A stretch of 64,000 nucleotides of DNA, taken from contig DBDK01000008.1 in assembly GCA_002293535.1 (NCBI GenBank), forward strand, positions 311,654 through 375,653, in the 5' to 3' direction. The position numbers and the translations under genes are program-made. Below are positions 20,534 through 29,398 of this stretch, in pieces. The number at the start of each line of letters is the position of its first letter. Position 1 is the first letter of the stretch. The notes below the pieces were generated by a model. It was not told the DNA's origin and searched no databases. It worked only from the letters and a program-made list of their open reading frames with translations. Source of the stretch: Alistipes sp. UBA934. Its GTDB lineage: Bacteria; Bacteroidota; Bacteroidia; Bacteroidales; Rikenellaceae.

Positions 20534-20938
20534 ATGAACAGTTTAGTAGCTTTTTTTGAGATTCCCGCCGCGGATTTTCCCAGAGCGGTAAAATTTTACG
20601 AATCGGTACTCGGTATCCCGCTTTCCGTTGTCGATTGTGGCCCCACCGAAAAGATGGCGTGCTTCCCCAATGAGGATGATCGGTGTCCCGGTGCGATTTC
20701 GTGGTCGGCCAACTTCAAGCCAAGCTCCGACGGCCCTCTTGTCAGTCTTCAGGTCAATGACATCGAAACCGCTTTGGCGTCTGTTGTCCAACTCGGCGGT
20801 CGCGTAACTATCCCTAAAACCGCGATCGAGGCGGAGGGGTTGGGATCATTCGCGACGTTTATCGACTCCGAGGGGAATCGGATTGGCTTGTTTGAAAAAA
20901 TCGCCACAAATTGTCGCCCTCAGGAACCGGCGCTATAA
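20534..20938 (+). CDS. VOC (glyoxalase/bleomycin-resistance fold) family protein
   Basis: 134 aa. The motifs FFEIPAADFPRAVKFYESVLG and FIDSEGNRIGLFE are typical of VOC proteins. Confidence 0.8.
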   Translation: MNSLVAFFEIPAADFPRAVKFYESVLGIPLSVVDCGPTEKMACFPNEDDRCPGAISWSANFKPSSDGPLVSLQVNDIETALASVVQLGGRVTIPKTAIEAEGLGSFATFIDSEGNRIGLFEKIATNCRPQEPAL

Positions 20939-21584
20939 CCTCAAGAGGCTCTTTCTTAACAGGATGCGTCAATGCGATGCGTCGCGAATGGAGCGAGATG
21001 CCACCATTTTCGTTGGAACGTTTCGCTCCATACTTCAGGTCGCCCTTGATCGGCGCTCCCTCCTTTGAGAACTGCGCACGAATTTGGTGATGCCGACCCG
21101 TAAGCAACTTAACCTCATAGAGATAGTAGTTTTTGCTTCCTGCCAACATCTTGTACTCCAGCCGCGCCTCCTTACTGTCTTTTTGCGGGGAGGCGTGAGC
21201 TCGCGAACGATTTGTTTTGCCGTCTCTGACAATGTGGTGGGTGAGAGTGCCTGTCTCAGATGGCAGAAGCGCCTCTGTCACAACCCAATAGGTCTTGTCA
21301 ATCTGACCGTCGCGAATCATTTCGTTCAGCCTCACCAGAGCCTTGCTTGTTTTAGCAAAAAGCACGACCCCGCTTACCGGTCGGTCGATACGATGCACCA
21401 CGCCGAGGAAAACGTCACCCGGCTTATTGTCGCGCCTGCGGATAAACGATTTGATATCATCTTCGAGTACCAAATAATCGCCTGTGCGACTCGTACCCCC
21501 TGCCGCATCGGCTTGCACCAAATCGCCCGCACGCTTGTTCACGACCAGAAGATGGTTGTCTTCGTACAAAATCTCCGGCTTCAT
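20859..21584 (-). CDS. RluA-family RNA pseudouridine synthase
   Basis: 241 aa with the catalytic motif HRIDRPVSG, plus LLTGRHHQIRAQ. Confidence 0.9.
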   Translation of the reverse strand: MKPEILYEDNHLLVVNKRAGDLVQADAAGGTSRTGDYLVLEDDIKSFIRRRDNKPGDVFLGVVHRIDRPVSGVVLFAKTSKALVRLNEMIRDGQIDKTYWVVTEALLPSETGTLTHHIVRDGKTNRSRAHASPQKDSKEARLEYKMLAGSKNYYLYEVKLLTGRHHQIRAQFSKEGAPIKGDLKYGAKRSNENGGISLHSRRIALTHPVKKEPLEVIAPVPEGDNLWRFFQTSQSDSPRSR

Positions 21585-22030
21585 AACTTGAAACTGAATG
21601 GTAGAAGGTCTTCCGCGCTGCCAACAGCAGAAGCGGTCGAATCACTGCACATTATCACTCTTATCGGGCTGCCCTGACGCCTCTCGCTGTCCAACAGCAC
21701 TTGCCTGCATTGTCCGCAGGGATAACATTCTCTTTCGCCCGGCACTGACGCAATTGCAAAGGATTCGATGGGGTCGTCACTGTGCCGTGCCTGCCAGTGA
21801 AACAGCAACGTCCGCTCGGCACACATCCCCGCCGGAAACACTTCGCTTTCCTGATTCGAACCGGTCATTATTCGGCCACTCTTCAGCCTCGCCGCCGAAC
21901 CTACCCTGAAATTCGAATAGGGCGCATAGGCTCTGTCGCATTCCCGTTTCGCCGCCTCGCAAAGCTGGCGGTCTGAGGAAGGCATCTCGTCCCAGTTTGT
22001 AAACTTCTCGTAATCAAAACTATACCTCAT
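21581..22030 (-). CDS. cdd: Cytidine deaminase
   Basis: 149 aa with the zinc motifs CAERTLLF and PCGQCRQVL. Confidence 0.9.
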   Translation of the reverse strand: MRYSFDYEKFTNWDEMPSSDRQLCEAAKRECDRAYAPYSNFRVGSAARLKSGRIMTGSNQESEVFPAGMCAERTLLFHWQARHSDDPIESFAIASVPGERECYPCGQCRQVLLDSERRQGSPIRVIMCSDSTASAVGSAEDLLPFSFKL

Positions 22031-22040
22031 ATCTTGGTCG

Positions 22041-22604
22041 CTATATCTTGGTCGCTTTTGTCATATGTCTTTTCCCCAGTGCGCCCGGCAATCTCTCCAC
22101 GCTGAATCCCGCCGTTTGGAGCGCTCTCCGCACCTCTCCTTTCGCCGAATAGGTCACCAGTACTCCGCCTTGCACCATCTTTTCGGCCACTCGGCTAAAA
22201 ATCTTAGCCGTCCACAGTTCGGGCTGAGTATCAGGCGCAAAGGCATCCCAATAAACAAGATCGAACACTCCTGGGGCTGTCTCCAACATCTCTGCCACGT
22301 CCCCTTGCAACTTCAGCAGTCGAAACGCGGGAGTCGCAGGGCTGGTTGATGCAGGCGAAATTTGGGCCCATTCTCCCCAGGCGACGGAGTGCATAAACCC
22401 GAAACGCTGATCGTCCGTGTAGCCAAGCGTCGCGGCAATTTGCTCACTAACAGGATATTTCTCCACCGCCACATATTCCACCCGCCGTCCCTGCCGCTGA
22501 GCTTCTTCAAGTGTCAGCCACGCATTGAGCCCCGTCCCGAAACCCATTTCGAGAATCCTCGTTCCAACCATCGCATCCACAAAAACGTGCCTCGCTTCAC
22601 CCAC
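22041..22604 (-). CDS. mnmD: tRNA (mnm5s2U34) methyltransferase MnmD/MnmC-C-like; minimal call from the GTG start
   Basis: The SAM motif is ILEMGFGTGLN, followed by DLVYWDAFAP. The conserved N-terminal block continues in frame upstream of this start (see findings). Confidence 0.8.
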   Translation of the reverse strand: MGEARHVFVDAMVGTRILEMGFGTGLNAWLTLEEAQRQGRRVEYVAVEKYPVSEQIAATLGYTDDQRFGFMHSVAWGEWAQISPASTSPATPAFRLLKLQGDVAEMLETAPGVFDLVYWDAFAPDTQPELWTAKIFSRVAEKMVQGGVLVTYSAKGEVRRALQTAGFSVERLPGALGKRHMTKATKI

Positions 22605-22693
22605 CGCTCCGCGCAGTGAATGGTATGTCTCGCCCAGCCCGTCCTCGCCAACAAAAAACTCCGAACGTAGCGTCGCCGAACCGTCTGCAGTAG

Positions 22694-23383
22694 TTATTTT
22701 CGGTTCAGTATGAATTTGACCGAGATGTTATAGGTGATGGTAATTTCCTGCATATCGATGCCTTGTTCGGCTGTTCCGGCGGCATAAACCGAATCCATCG
22801 CCATCTCCGCTTTGGCATAGCGCACCATCGGCATCGGCGACGATTCGTAATAGCCATTGTCGAAGATCCACACGGCATTCCCTATGCTTTGACCCACAGC
22901 TTCGGCGATAACGGTGGCCGTCTGCTTGGCATCCTTAACAGCAGCAATGCGAACCTCTTTTCGGAACTCATCTATCTTGGAATGAGACACTTTCGTCACG
23001 CCTGCCTGCGTCACTCCCATCTCTCCCAGCAGCTCGAATACCGAACCCAAAATCCACGTATCACCGACTTTCAACTCATAAGAACGTCGGGTATCTGCAT
23101 CGGTCTTTTTGCGCGGTGCTATATTCTGGCTGGTGACCTTCAGCGCGCTGGCAACGTCTATGCCCATAGCCTGAAGTTCGCTTTTGAGACGGGACTCCAA
23201 TTGATTGACCGTCTGCCCCTTCGTATCACCATCCCGAAGTGTGATCGCCACATAGATTTCGTCCGGCGTTACCTTTTTTTCTGCTTTTCCGTTCACCTGA
23301 ATAGCATCTTCGTAATGATACCCTGAGAGGTCTTGCGCCCCTGCTACGGAGACGAGCAAAATCGCCGCCGCCATCAAAATCAT
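22694..23383 (-). CDS. SIMPL (DUF541) domain periplasmic protein
   Basis: The start was chosen at MILMAAAILLVSVAGAQ, a signal peptide. The ORF is open up to 23470. Confidence 0.75.
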   Translation of the reverse strand: MILMAAAILLVSVAGAQDLSGYHYEDAIQVNGKAEKKVTPDEIYVAITLRDGDTKGQTVNQLESRLKSELQAMGIDVASALKVTSQNIAPRKKTDADTRRSYELKVGDTWILGSVFELLGEMGVTQAGVTKVSHSKIDEFRKEVRIAAVKDAKQTATVIAEAVGQSIGNAVWIFDNGYYESSPMPMVRYAKAEMAMDSVYAAGTAEQGIDMQEITITYNISVKFILNRK

Positions 23384-23466
23384 CTTTTTAACTGCGCTAC
23401 GCTTGTTTTCCTCCTTCGTGCTTCGGCAATCCGTGCAAGCACGATTGCTCTCTTCTTGTCGTCGGT

Positions 23467-24906
23467 TCATACCTTAATTTTTTTAAGTTTAACAACATTT
23501 TCAACGTGGTGCGTGTGCGGAAACATATCGACCGGCTGCACTGCGGCCAGAGCATATTCACTGGCCATCAGCGCAATGTCCCTGGCTTGAGTAGCCGGAT
23601 TGCAACTCACATAAACTATCGCTTCAGGAGCTGCACGCAGGATCACTTCGATTACCGGAGCATCGACCCCTGCCCGTGGCGGGTCTAAAATAACAACGTC
23701 GGGATGGCCGTTTTCGTGTATGAAGTCGTCGGTCAGCACACGCCGCATATCGCCGGCAAAAAATGTGGTGTTGGCGATTCCGTTCAACGCCGAATTCTCA
23801 CGCGCATCCTCTATGGCCTCTTCAACATATTCTATGCCAACAACTTTGCCAGCTTCCCGCGCCACAAAATTCGCAATCGTTCCCGTGCCGGTATAAAGGT
23901 CATAGACGGTTTCGGTGCCGGATAGATCAGCGAGTTCGCGAGCCACCTTGTAGAGCTCATACGCCTGCTCGGAGTTGGTTTGGTAGAACGACTTGGGTCC
24001 TATTTTGAAGCGAAGACCTTCCATCTGCTCGAAAATGTGGTCACGACCGGCAAAAAGTTTCGGGGTCTGGTCGCCCAAAGAGTCGTTCAGCTTAGTGTTT
24101 ACGATGTATTGCAGAGACGTGATTTCGGGAAAAAACTCTTTCAGGTGGTTCATAAGTGCCGCAATCCTCTCACAATCGGGCTGAGCAAAGACCACAATGA
24201 CCATAACCTCTCCGGTCGAAGCGGTGCGAACAACCACATTACGCATCAGCCCCTCGTGCGCCCGAATATCGTAGAACGAATAACCGTGCTCGATGCAAAA
24301 ACGCTTGATCTCCAGTCTGATGGCATTCGACGGATCGGGTTGCAACCAGCACTTATTAATATCCAGCACCTTATCGAACATACCGGGAACGTGGAATCCC
24401 AGCGCCGGTCGGAACGCCGACTGCGATTTATTTTCGTCCCCGCGCTCCCGATCCGCTTGAAACTCTTCTCGTGTCACCCATCTGCGCGGCGCAAAGGTAA
24501 ACTCCAGCTTGTTGCGATAGAACCGCGTGTTCGCGGAACCGATAATCGATTTAATTTCAGGTAGCTCCAAATGGCCTATGCGAGTGAGCTGATCCACCAC
24601 CTGCTGCTGCTTTTGCCGGAGTTGCTCCTCATAAGGCAAATTCTGCCAGCTACAACCGCCACAAACACCGAAATGTTCACAAAAAGGCTCGACACGAAGA
24701 GGAGAAGGGCGAACGAGGCGCAAAATGTACGCCTCCATAAACCGCCGCCGTTTGCTACGCACCTGAACATCGACCATATCCCCCGGCACGGCCCCCGGAA
24801 CAAACACCACAACACCGTCCCAATGACCCATTGCCTTCCCTTCGGCGGCCAACGCCGTAATCTCCAACCCCTCTATGACGGGATTCTCCTTGTGCCTTTT
24901 ACCCAT
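23467..24906 (-). CDS. rlmD: 23S rRNA (uracil-C5)-methyltransferase RlmD/RumA
   Basis: The start is at MGKRHKENPVIEGLEI (ATG 24904-24906), followed by a TRAM domain, the Fe-S motif CEHFGVCGGCSWQ and a C-terminal SAM methyltransferase domain. The 867-aa ORF in the track is an artefactual upstream extension. Confidence 0.92.
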   Translation of the reverse strand: MGKRHKENPVIEGLEITALAAEGKAMGHWDGVVVFVPGAVPGDMVDVQVRSKRRRFMEAYILRLVRPSPLRVEPFCEHFGVCGGCSWQNLPYEEQLRQKQQQVVDQLTRIGHLELPEIKSIIGSANTRFYRNKLEFTFAPRRWVTREEFQADRERGDENKSQSAFRPALGFHVPGMFDKVLDINKCWLQPDPSNAIRLEIKRFCIEHGYSFYDIRAHEGLMRNVVVRTASTGEVMVIVVFAQPDCERIAALMNHLKEFFPEITSLQYIVNTKLNDSLGDQTPKLFAGRDHIFEQMEGLRFKIGPKSFYQTNSEQAYELYKVARELADLSGTETVYDLYTGTGTIANFVAREAGKVVGIEYVEEAIEDARENSALNGIANTTFFAGDMRRVLTDDFIHENGHPDVVILDPPRAGVDAPVIEVILRAAPEAIVYVSCNPATQARDIALMASEYALAAVQPVDMFPHTHHVENVVKLKKIKV

Positions 24907-24956
24907 AAAAATTGCCGTTTCAGCAACACAAAGATAGGAAATTTCGCGCAATTTCT

Positions 24957-24964
24957 TAAATTTG
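24957..24964 (+). promoter_or_regulatory. -7 box TAAATTTG upstream of the oxidoreductase operon
   Basis: Matches TAnnTTTG and lies 9 nt upstream of the ATG at 24973. Confidence 0.4.
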
Positions 24965-24972
24965 CAAACACT

Positions 24973-26061
24973 ATGCTCAACATTGGTATTATCGGCTTCG
25001 GACGTATGGGCCAAAAGTTCTGTAAAGAGCTTTTGGTCAGTCCTATGTGGAATGTGACGCACATTTGCGACCCCAGCCCGGAAGCCCGCAGGACGGCAGC
25101 AAAGATGGTGCCGGACGCTTTGATCACATTCGACGAAGATGTTATTTTCGCCGACCCGTCGGTGGATGTAGTCGGTCTTTTCGCCCTTGCCGACTCCCGC
25201 CCCGAACAGATTAGTAAAGGGCTGGCTGCCGGCAAACACCTGCTGCTCGAAAAACCCGTCGCCGAGACCATCGAAGCCGAGTGGGATGTCGTGCGAATGG
25301 TGGAGAGCTCCGATCGGATGGTGGCGGTGAATATGTTCAACCGTTCGGCGTGGTACCACAAGGTAATTATGGATTTCATCCGCGAAGGCCAGATCGGAGA
25401 GCTGGCCATTGTTCGCATCTGCCATATGACTCCCGGCCATATGCCTCAGGAGGGGCACGGTCCCGAAGGCCCTGCGTTCCACGACTGCGGAATGCACTAT
25501 GTGGATGCCGCCAGGATGTATGCCGGCAGCGAATATAAGACTTTTCACGCACAGGGTATCCGTATGTGGAGCCACACCGACCCGTGGTGGGTTCAGGTGC
25601 ACGGGACTTTCGACAACGGCGTCGTGTTCGATATCACGCAAGGTTTTGTTTACGGCCATATGGCTGAGCAACAGACCCATAACTGCTATGTAGACATTAT
25701 TGGTACAAAGGGTATCGCCAGAATGACGCACGATTTCAAAAATGCTACTGTCGAACTGCACGGCACCGGACGTACCGAAAAGATCGTTAAAGAGTTCGGT
25801 GACAAGAAGATAGACGTATTGGTGGATGTTTTTGCCCGTTCGATCATTGCCGGCCGTAATTTGGGTTTTCCTCAGGTGCGTGACAGTGTAGTGGCTTCTG
25901 AAATGGCGTGGAGGATGCTTGACGATGCGGTCGCCAACGGCTCGCCGTGCATCGGTCGTGTGGAAGATATGGATGAGATTATGACCCGCCGCCGTACTCT
26001 GAGTAACGGTTACAGCCTTCCGGTTTGGAAGATACTCGACGAAAAAACCGACAAAAGATGA
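24973..26061 (+). CDS. Gfo/Idh/MocA-family oxidoreductase
   Basis: The start is at MLNIGIIGFGRMGQKF, a Rossmann motif. The protein is 362 aa. Confidence 0.88.
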   Translation: MLNIGIIGFGRMGQKFCKELLVSPMWNVTHICDPSPEARRTAAKMVPDALITFDEDVIFADPSVDVVGLFALADSRPEQISKGLAAGKHLLLEKPVAETIEAEWDVVRMVESSDRMVAVNMFNRSAWYHKVIMDFIREGQIGELAIVRICHMTPGHMPQEGHGPEGPAFHDCGMHYVDAARMYAGSEYKTFHAQGIRMWSHTDPWWVQVHGTFDNGVVFDITQGFVYGHMAEQQTHNCYVDIIGTKGIARMTHDFKNATVELHGTGRTEKIVKEFGDKKIDVLVDVFARSIIAGRNLGFPQVRDSVVASEMAWRMLDDAVANGSPCIGRVEDMDEIMTRRRTLSNGYSLPVWKILDEKTDKR

Positions 26062-26708
26062 ACATCGCAAAATTCACATTCAATCCCATAGCCGAAAACA
26101 CCTACCTTATCTGGGACGAAACCGGGGAGGCAGCCATTATTGACGCAGGCAACTCCTCGCCCGCCGAAAATCGTGCACTGGATAATTTCATCACCGAAAA
26201 AGGGCTCAAACCTGTACTTGCACTGGGCACCCACGGCCACTTCGACCACACGATGGGAATGCCACATATTAAAGGTGCATACGGGGTGCCGTTTGCGGTG
26301 CATTCCGACGACAGTTTTTTGCTCGAAAATTCCGTTCCCAGCGCAGCGATCTTCGGCGTTAAGGTTGAGGAGCTCCCCGCCATAGACATCGACCTTTCCT
26401 CTCTGCCCGAAATATCGTTCGGCAACACCACTCTTCAGATTATTCCCACTCCTGGGCATACTCCGGGTCACGTCTGCTTTTTCGAACCACAGAGCCGCGT
26501 CGTCTTCACCGGAGATACTCTTTTTGCCGACACTATCGGGCGTACCGACCTTCCGGGGGGCGACTACAGCTGGATAATGAAGAGCATAATCGAAAATCTT
26601 CTCCCACTGGGGGATGACGTGAAAGTCTATCCCGGCCACGGTCGCGACACCACAATCGGTCAGGAGGCTGCAGGCAATCCTTTCATAACAGAAGTACTCG
26701 AAGGATGA
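26058..26708 (+). CDS. MBL-fold metallo-hydrolase (glyoxalase II-like)
   Basis: The start is at MNIAKFTFNPIAENTYLIWD, with an ATGA overlap to the upstream gene. The metal motif is HGHFDH. Confidence 0.88.
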   Translation: MNIAKFTFNPIAENTYLIWDETGEAAIIDAGNSSPAENRALDNFITEKGLKPVLALGTHGHFDHTMGMPHIKGAYGVPFAVHSDDSFLLENSVPSAAIFGVKVEELPAIDIDLSSLPEISFGNTTLQIIPTPGHTPGHVCFFEPQSRVVFTGDTLFADTIGRTDLPGGDYSWIMKSIIENLLPLGDDVKVYPGHGRDTTIGQEAAGNPFITEVLEG

Positions 26709-27487
26709 GCCTGTCGGTCGCCATAAAGAAATTCCTTTATCGACATCTGTCGCTGGAGCGCTACCTGGGCGTGTTGAGTTGGGGATTTTTCGCGGGTCTG
26801 CGATTAGGGCTTGGCAAGCGCTCTGCTGCTTACGAATATCCTCTCTATTTGCAACATCTTGTACGCCAAGGCGATGTGGCCATCGACATAGGAGCCAATC
26901 TCGGTTACTACTCTCGCATTCTATCCCGTCTCGTCGGAGAGGGCGGTAAGGTCTATTCAGTCGAACCCGTCAAACCTATCCTCGGTGTGTTGGAGCACAA
27001 CCTGCGTCGCTGCACCAATGTCGAGATCGTTCCCTTTGCTCTTGGGACTGAGGACAAACCGATACTGATGGTGAACGATTCAGCCTGCCTGGCGGGGTAT
27101 ATGGGCACGGGAAGGAATTGCGTTGCCGAACCGGAGCTACTTCCCTCCGAATCTGCCGACGGCGGCGAGCTTGAGTTCGAAGCCCAGATGCGGCGCGGAA
27201 GTGAACTTTTCGGACGACTGCAAAGACTTGACTTCATAAAATGCGACGTGGAGGGATACGAGAACGTGGTTATTCCCGAGCTCGCTCCCGTAATTGAAAA
27301 ACATTTGCCAATCGTATTGCTCGAAACCGGCGGCCCCGCTCGCCAAAAAATGATCGAGTTGTTCCGCGGTTGGGGTTACGCGGGTTATGTTTTACAGGAT
27401 GGTAAACTTGTGTCGGTTATGCGCGGGCCCGAAAAAGATATTGTATTCATTCCCGGCCATCGCCATAAAGACTTCCTGCAACGATGA
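26705..27487 (+). CDS. FkbM-family methyltransferase
   Basis: 260 aa with the motifs [10 protein letters not shown] and IKCDVEGYE. Confidence 0.85.
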   Translation: MSLSVAIKKFLYRHLSLERYLGVLSWGFFAGLRLGLGKRSAAYEYPLYLQHLVRQGDVAIDIGANLGYYSRILSRLVGEGGKVYSVEPVKPILGVLEHNLRRCTNVEIVPFALGTEDKPILMVNDSACLAGYMGTGRNCVAEPELLPSESADGGELEFEAQMRRGSELFGRLQRLDFIKCDVEGYENVVIPELAPVIEKHLPIVLLETGGPARQKMIELFRGWGYAGYVLQDGKLVSVMRGPEKDIVFIPGHRHKDFLQR

Positions 27488-28158
27488 GAATCGACATTCT
27501 GAGCGTTGTGCCTGAGCTTCTCGTGTCGCCTCTAAACGAGTCGATCCTCAAGCGTGCGCAGCAGTCGGGCCTTGTCGAGATCGTGATTCACAATCCTCGC
27601 GACTACACCACCGACCGCCATCGTCAGGTGGACGACTATCCGTTCGGCGGCGAGGCGGGTATGGTGCTCAAACCCGAACCGATCGGGAGCCTGATCGACC
27701 ATCTGTGTAGCGAGCGCTCCTACGACGAGATTATCTACACCTCACCCGACGGCATTACTCTCAACCAACACGAAGCCAACCGACTCTCCACGCTTGGTAA
27801 CATTATTATTCTTTGCGGCCACTACAAGGGTCTCGACCAGCGCATTCGCGACACTTACATTACACGCGAGATATCCATCGGTGACTATGTTCTTACGGGT
27901 GGTGAGCTTGCCGCGGCTGTGATCGTCGATAGCGTCGTTCGCATCATTCCGGGGGCGATCGGCGACGGAGAAAGTGCCCTCACCGATTGCTTTCAGGACG
28001 ATATGCTCGCCCCTCCTGTCTACACTCGTCCGGCAGAGTGGCGCGGAATGAAAGTTCCGGATGTTCTTCTCTCCGGTAATCCCGTTTTGATCCGGCAGTG
28101 GCAACAGGAACAATCACTGGAACGCACCGAACGCCTAAGACCCGACCTGCTCAAATGA
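27484..28158 (+). CDS. trmD: tRNA (guanine37-N1)-methyltransferase
   Basis: 224 aa with the motifs [11 protein letters not shown] and [11 protein letters not shown]. Confidence 0.96.
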   Translation: MRIDILSVVPELLVSPLNESILKRAQQSGLVEIVIHNPRDYTTDRHRQVDDYPFGGEAGMVLKPEPIGSLIDHLCSERSYDEIIYTSPDGITLNQHEANRLSTLGNIIILCGHYKGLDQRIRDTYITREISIGDYVLTGGELAAAVIVDSVVRIIPGAIGDGESALTDCFQDDMLAPPVYTRPAEWRGMKVPDVLLSGNPVLIRQWQQEQSLERTERLRPDLLK

Positions 28159-28814
28159 AAATTATCTGCATAGCAAAGAATTACCGTGCCCACATAGACG
28201 AGATGAGGACGATGGTCGAATTGGGCGGCGGTGGCAACGGCCACGGCGATTTCAGTGTCGCGCCCAAAAGCCTTTCATTCTTCCTGAAGCCCGACACGGC
28301 GCTTCTACGCAACGGTGACCCGTTTTACATTCCCGACTTCTCTGCACAGGTAGATTACGAGTGCGAGCTCGTGGTACGCATTAACCGCGTCGGTCGGGCC
28401 ATTGCTCAAAAGTTCGCCCACCGCTATTACGACGAGGTAGGGTTGGGAATTGATTTTACCGCTCGCGACCTCCAGCGGGAAGCCATCGCTGCAGGTCTGC
28501 CGTGGGAGGCATCCAAGGCATTCGACCGGTCGGCTGCGCTTTCGCCCATATTTCTGAAACTCGCCGATTTGGGTGATGTACAAAATCTGCATTTCGAAAT
28601 GGCACTGGGTGGCGTTGTAAAGCAACAAGGCTTCACTGGCGATATGATTTTCACTGTGGATCAGATCATTGCACACGTCTCGCGCTTTGTCACTCTGAAG
28701 ATGGGCGACCTTATATATACAGGTACACCCGTCGGCGTTGGCTCGGTTTGTGCAGGTGATCATCTCACTGCTTCACTTGAGGGGCACGGGTTGCTTGATT
28801 TTCAGATCAGATGA
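28155..28814 (+). CDS. Fumarylacetoacetate hydrolase family protein
   Basis: The start is at [17 protein letters not shown], with an ATGA overlap to trmD. It also has ECELVVRI and [13 protein letters not shown]. Confidence 0.88.
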   Translation: MKIICIAKNYRAHIDEMRTMVELGGGGNGHGDFSVAPKSLSFFLKPDTALLRNGDPFYIPDFSAQVDYECELVVRINRVGRAIAQKFAHRYYDEVGLGIDFTARDLQREAIAAGLPWEASKAFDRSAALSPIFLKLADLGDVQNLHFEMALGGVVKQQGFTGDMIFTVDQIIAHVSRFVTLKMGDLIYTGTPVGVGSVCAGDHLTASLEGHGLLDFQIR

Positions 28815-29398
28815 CCGACCGCCAACTCATACTTGCTTCCGGTTCGCCTCGGCGCCGTCAGATTCTTGCAGATGCAGGATTGGAGTTCTCTATCGCCGAA
28901 CATTATCACGTCAAGGAGAGTTGGCCTGCGGAAATGCCTGCCGAACAGGTTGCAGAATATCTCGCCGCGCTTAAATCCGATGCCTATCCAAAACTATTGG
29001 GAAACAACGACATACTCCTCACCGCTGACACAACCGTAGTTCTGGATAACGAGCTTCTCGGAAAACCACACGACACACAAGAAGCCAAAAGGATGCTACG
29101 AAAACTCTCCGGCAGAGTACACAAGGTCATTACCGGGGTGGTGTTGAGAACCGGCAGGGATGGATCGGGCCTCGAAAAACGTGAAAGTTTCAGCGCCGAG
29201 ACGCTCGTCTGGTTTCGCCAACTGACACCACAAGAGATTGATTATTACGTTGATACATTTCAGCCTCTCGACAAAGCCGGCGCTTATGGTATTCAGGAAT
29301 GGATCGGCTATGTGGGCATCTCACGGATCGAGGGTTCGTTCTACAACGTGATGGGCCTGCCCATACAAATGATCTACACCAAACTCAACGACTTATGA
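28811..29398 (+). CDS. maf: Maf-family nucleoside triphosphate pyrophosphatase
   Basis: 195 aa with the motifs LASGSPRRRQIL and KAGAYGIQE. Confidence 0.94.
   Translation: MTDRQLILASGSPRRRQILADAGLEFSIAEHYHVKESWPAEMPAEQVAEYLAALKSDAYPKLLGNNDILLTADTTVVLDNELLGKPHDTQEAKRMLRKLSGRVHKVITGVVLRTGRDGSGLEKRESFSAETLVWFRQLTPQEIDYYVDTFQPLDKAGAYGIQEWIGYVGISRIEGSFYNVMGLPIQMIYTKLNDL

Noticed and set aside
24907-26070. Upstream 388 codons of the 867-aa minus-strand ORF (23467..26070).
   Set aside because: The recognisable RlmD protein starts at MGKRHKENP (24906). The extension has no recognisable domain, and it is antisense to a clear Gfo/Idh/MocA gene with a Rossmann N-terminus. Long open antisense frames are expected in GC-rich coding DNA.
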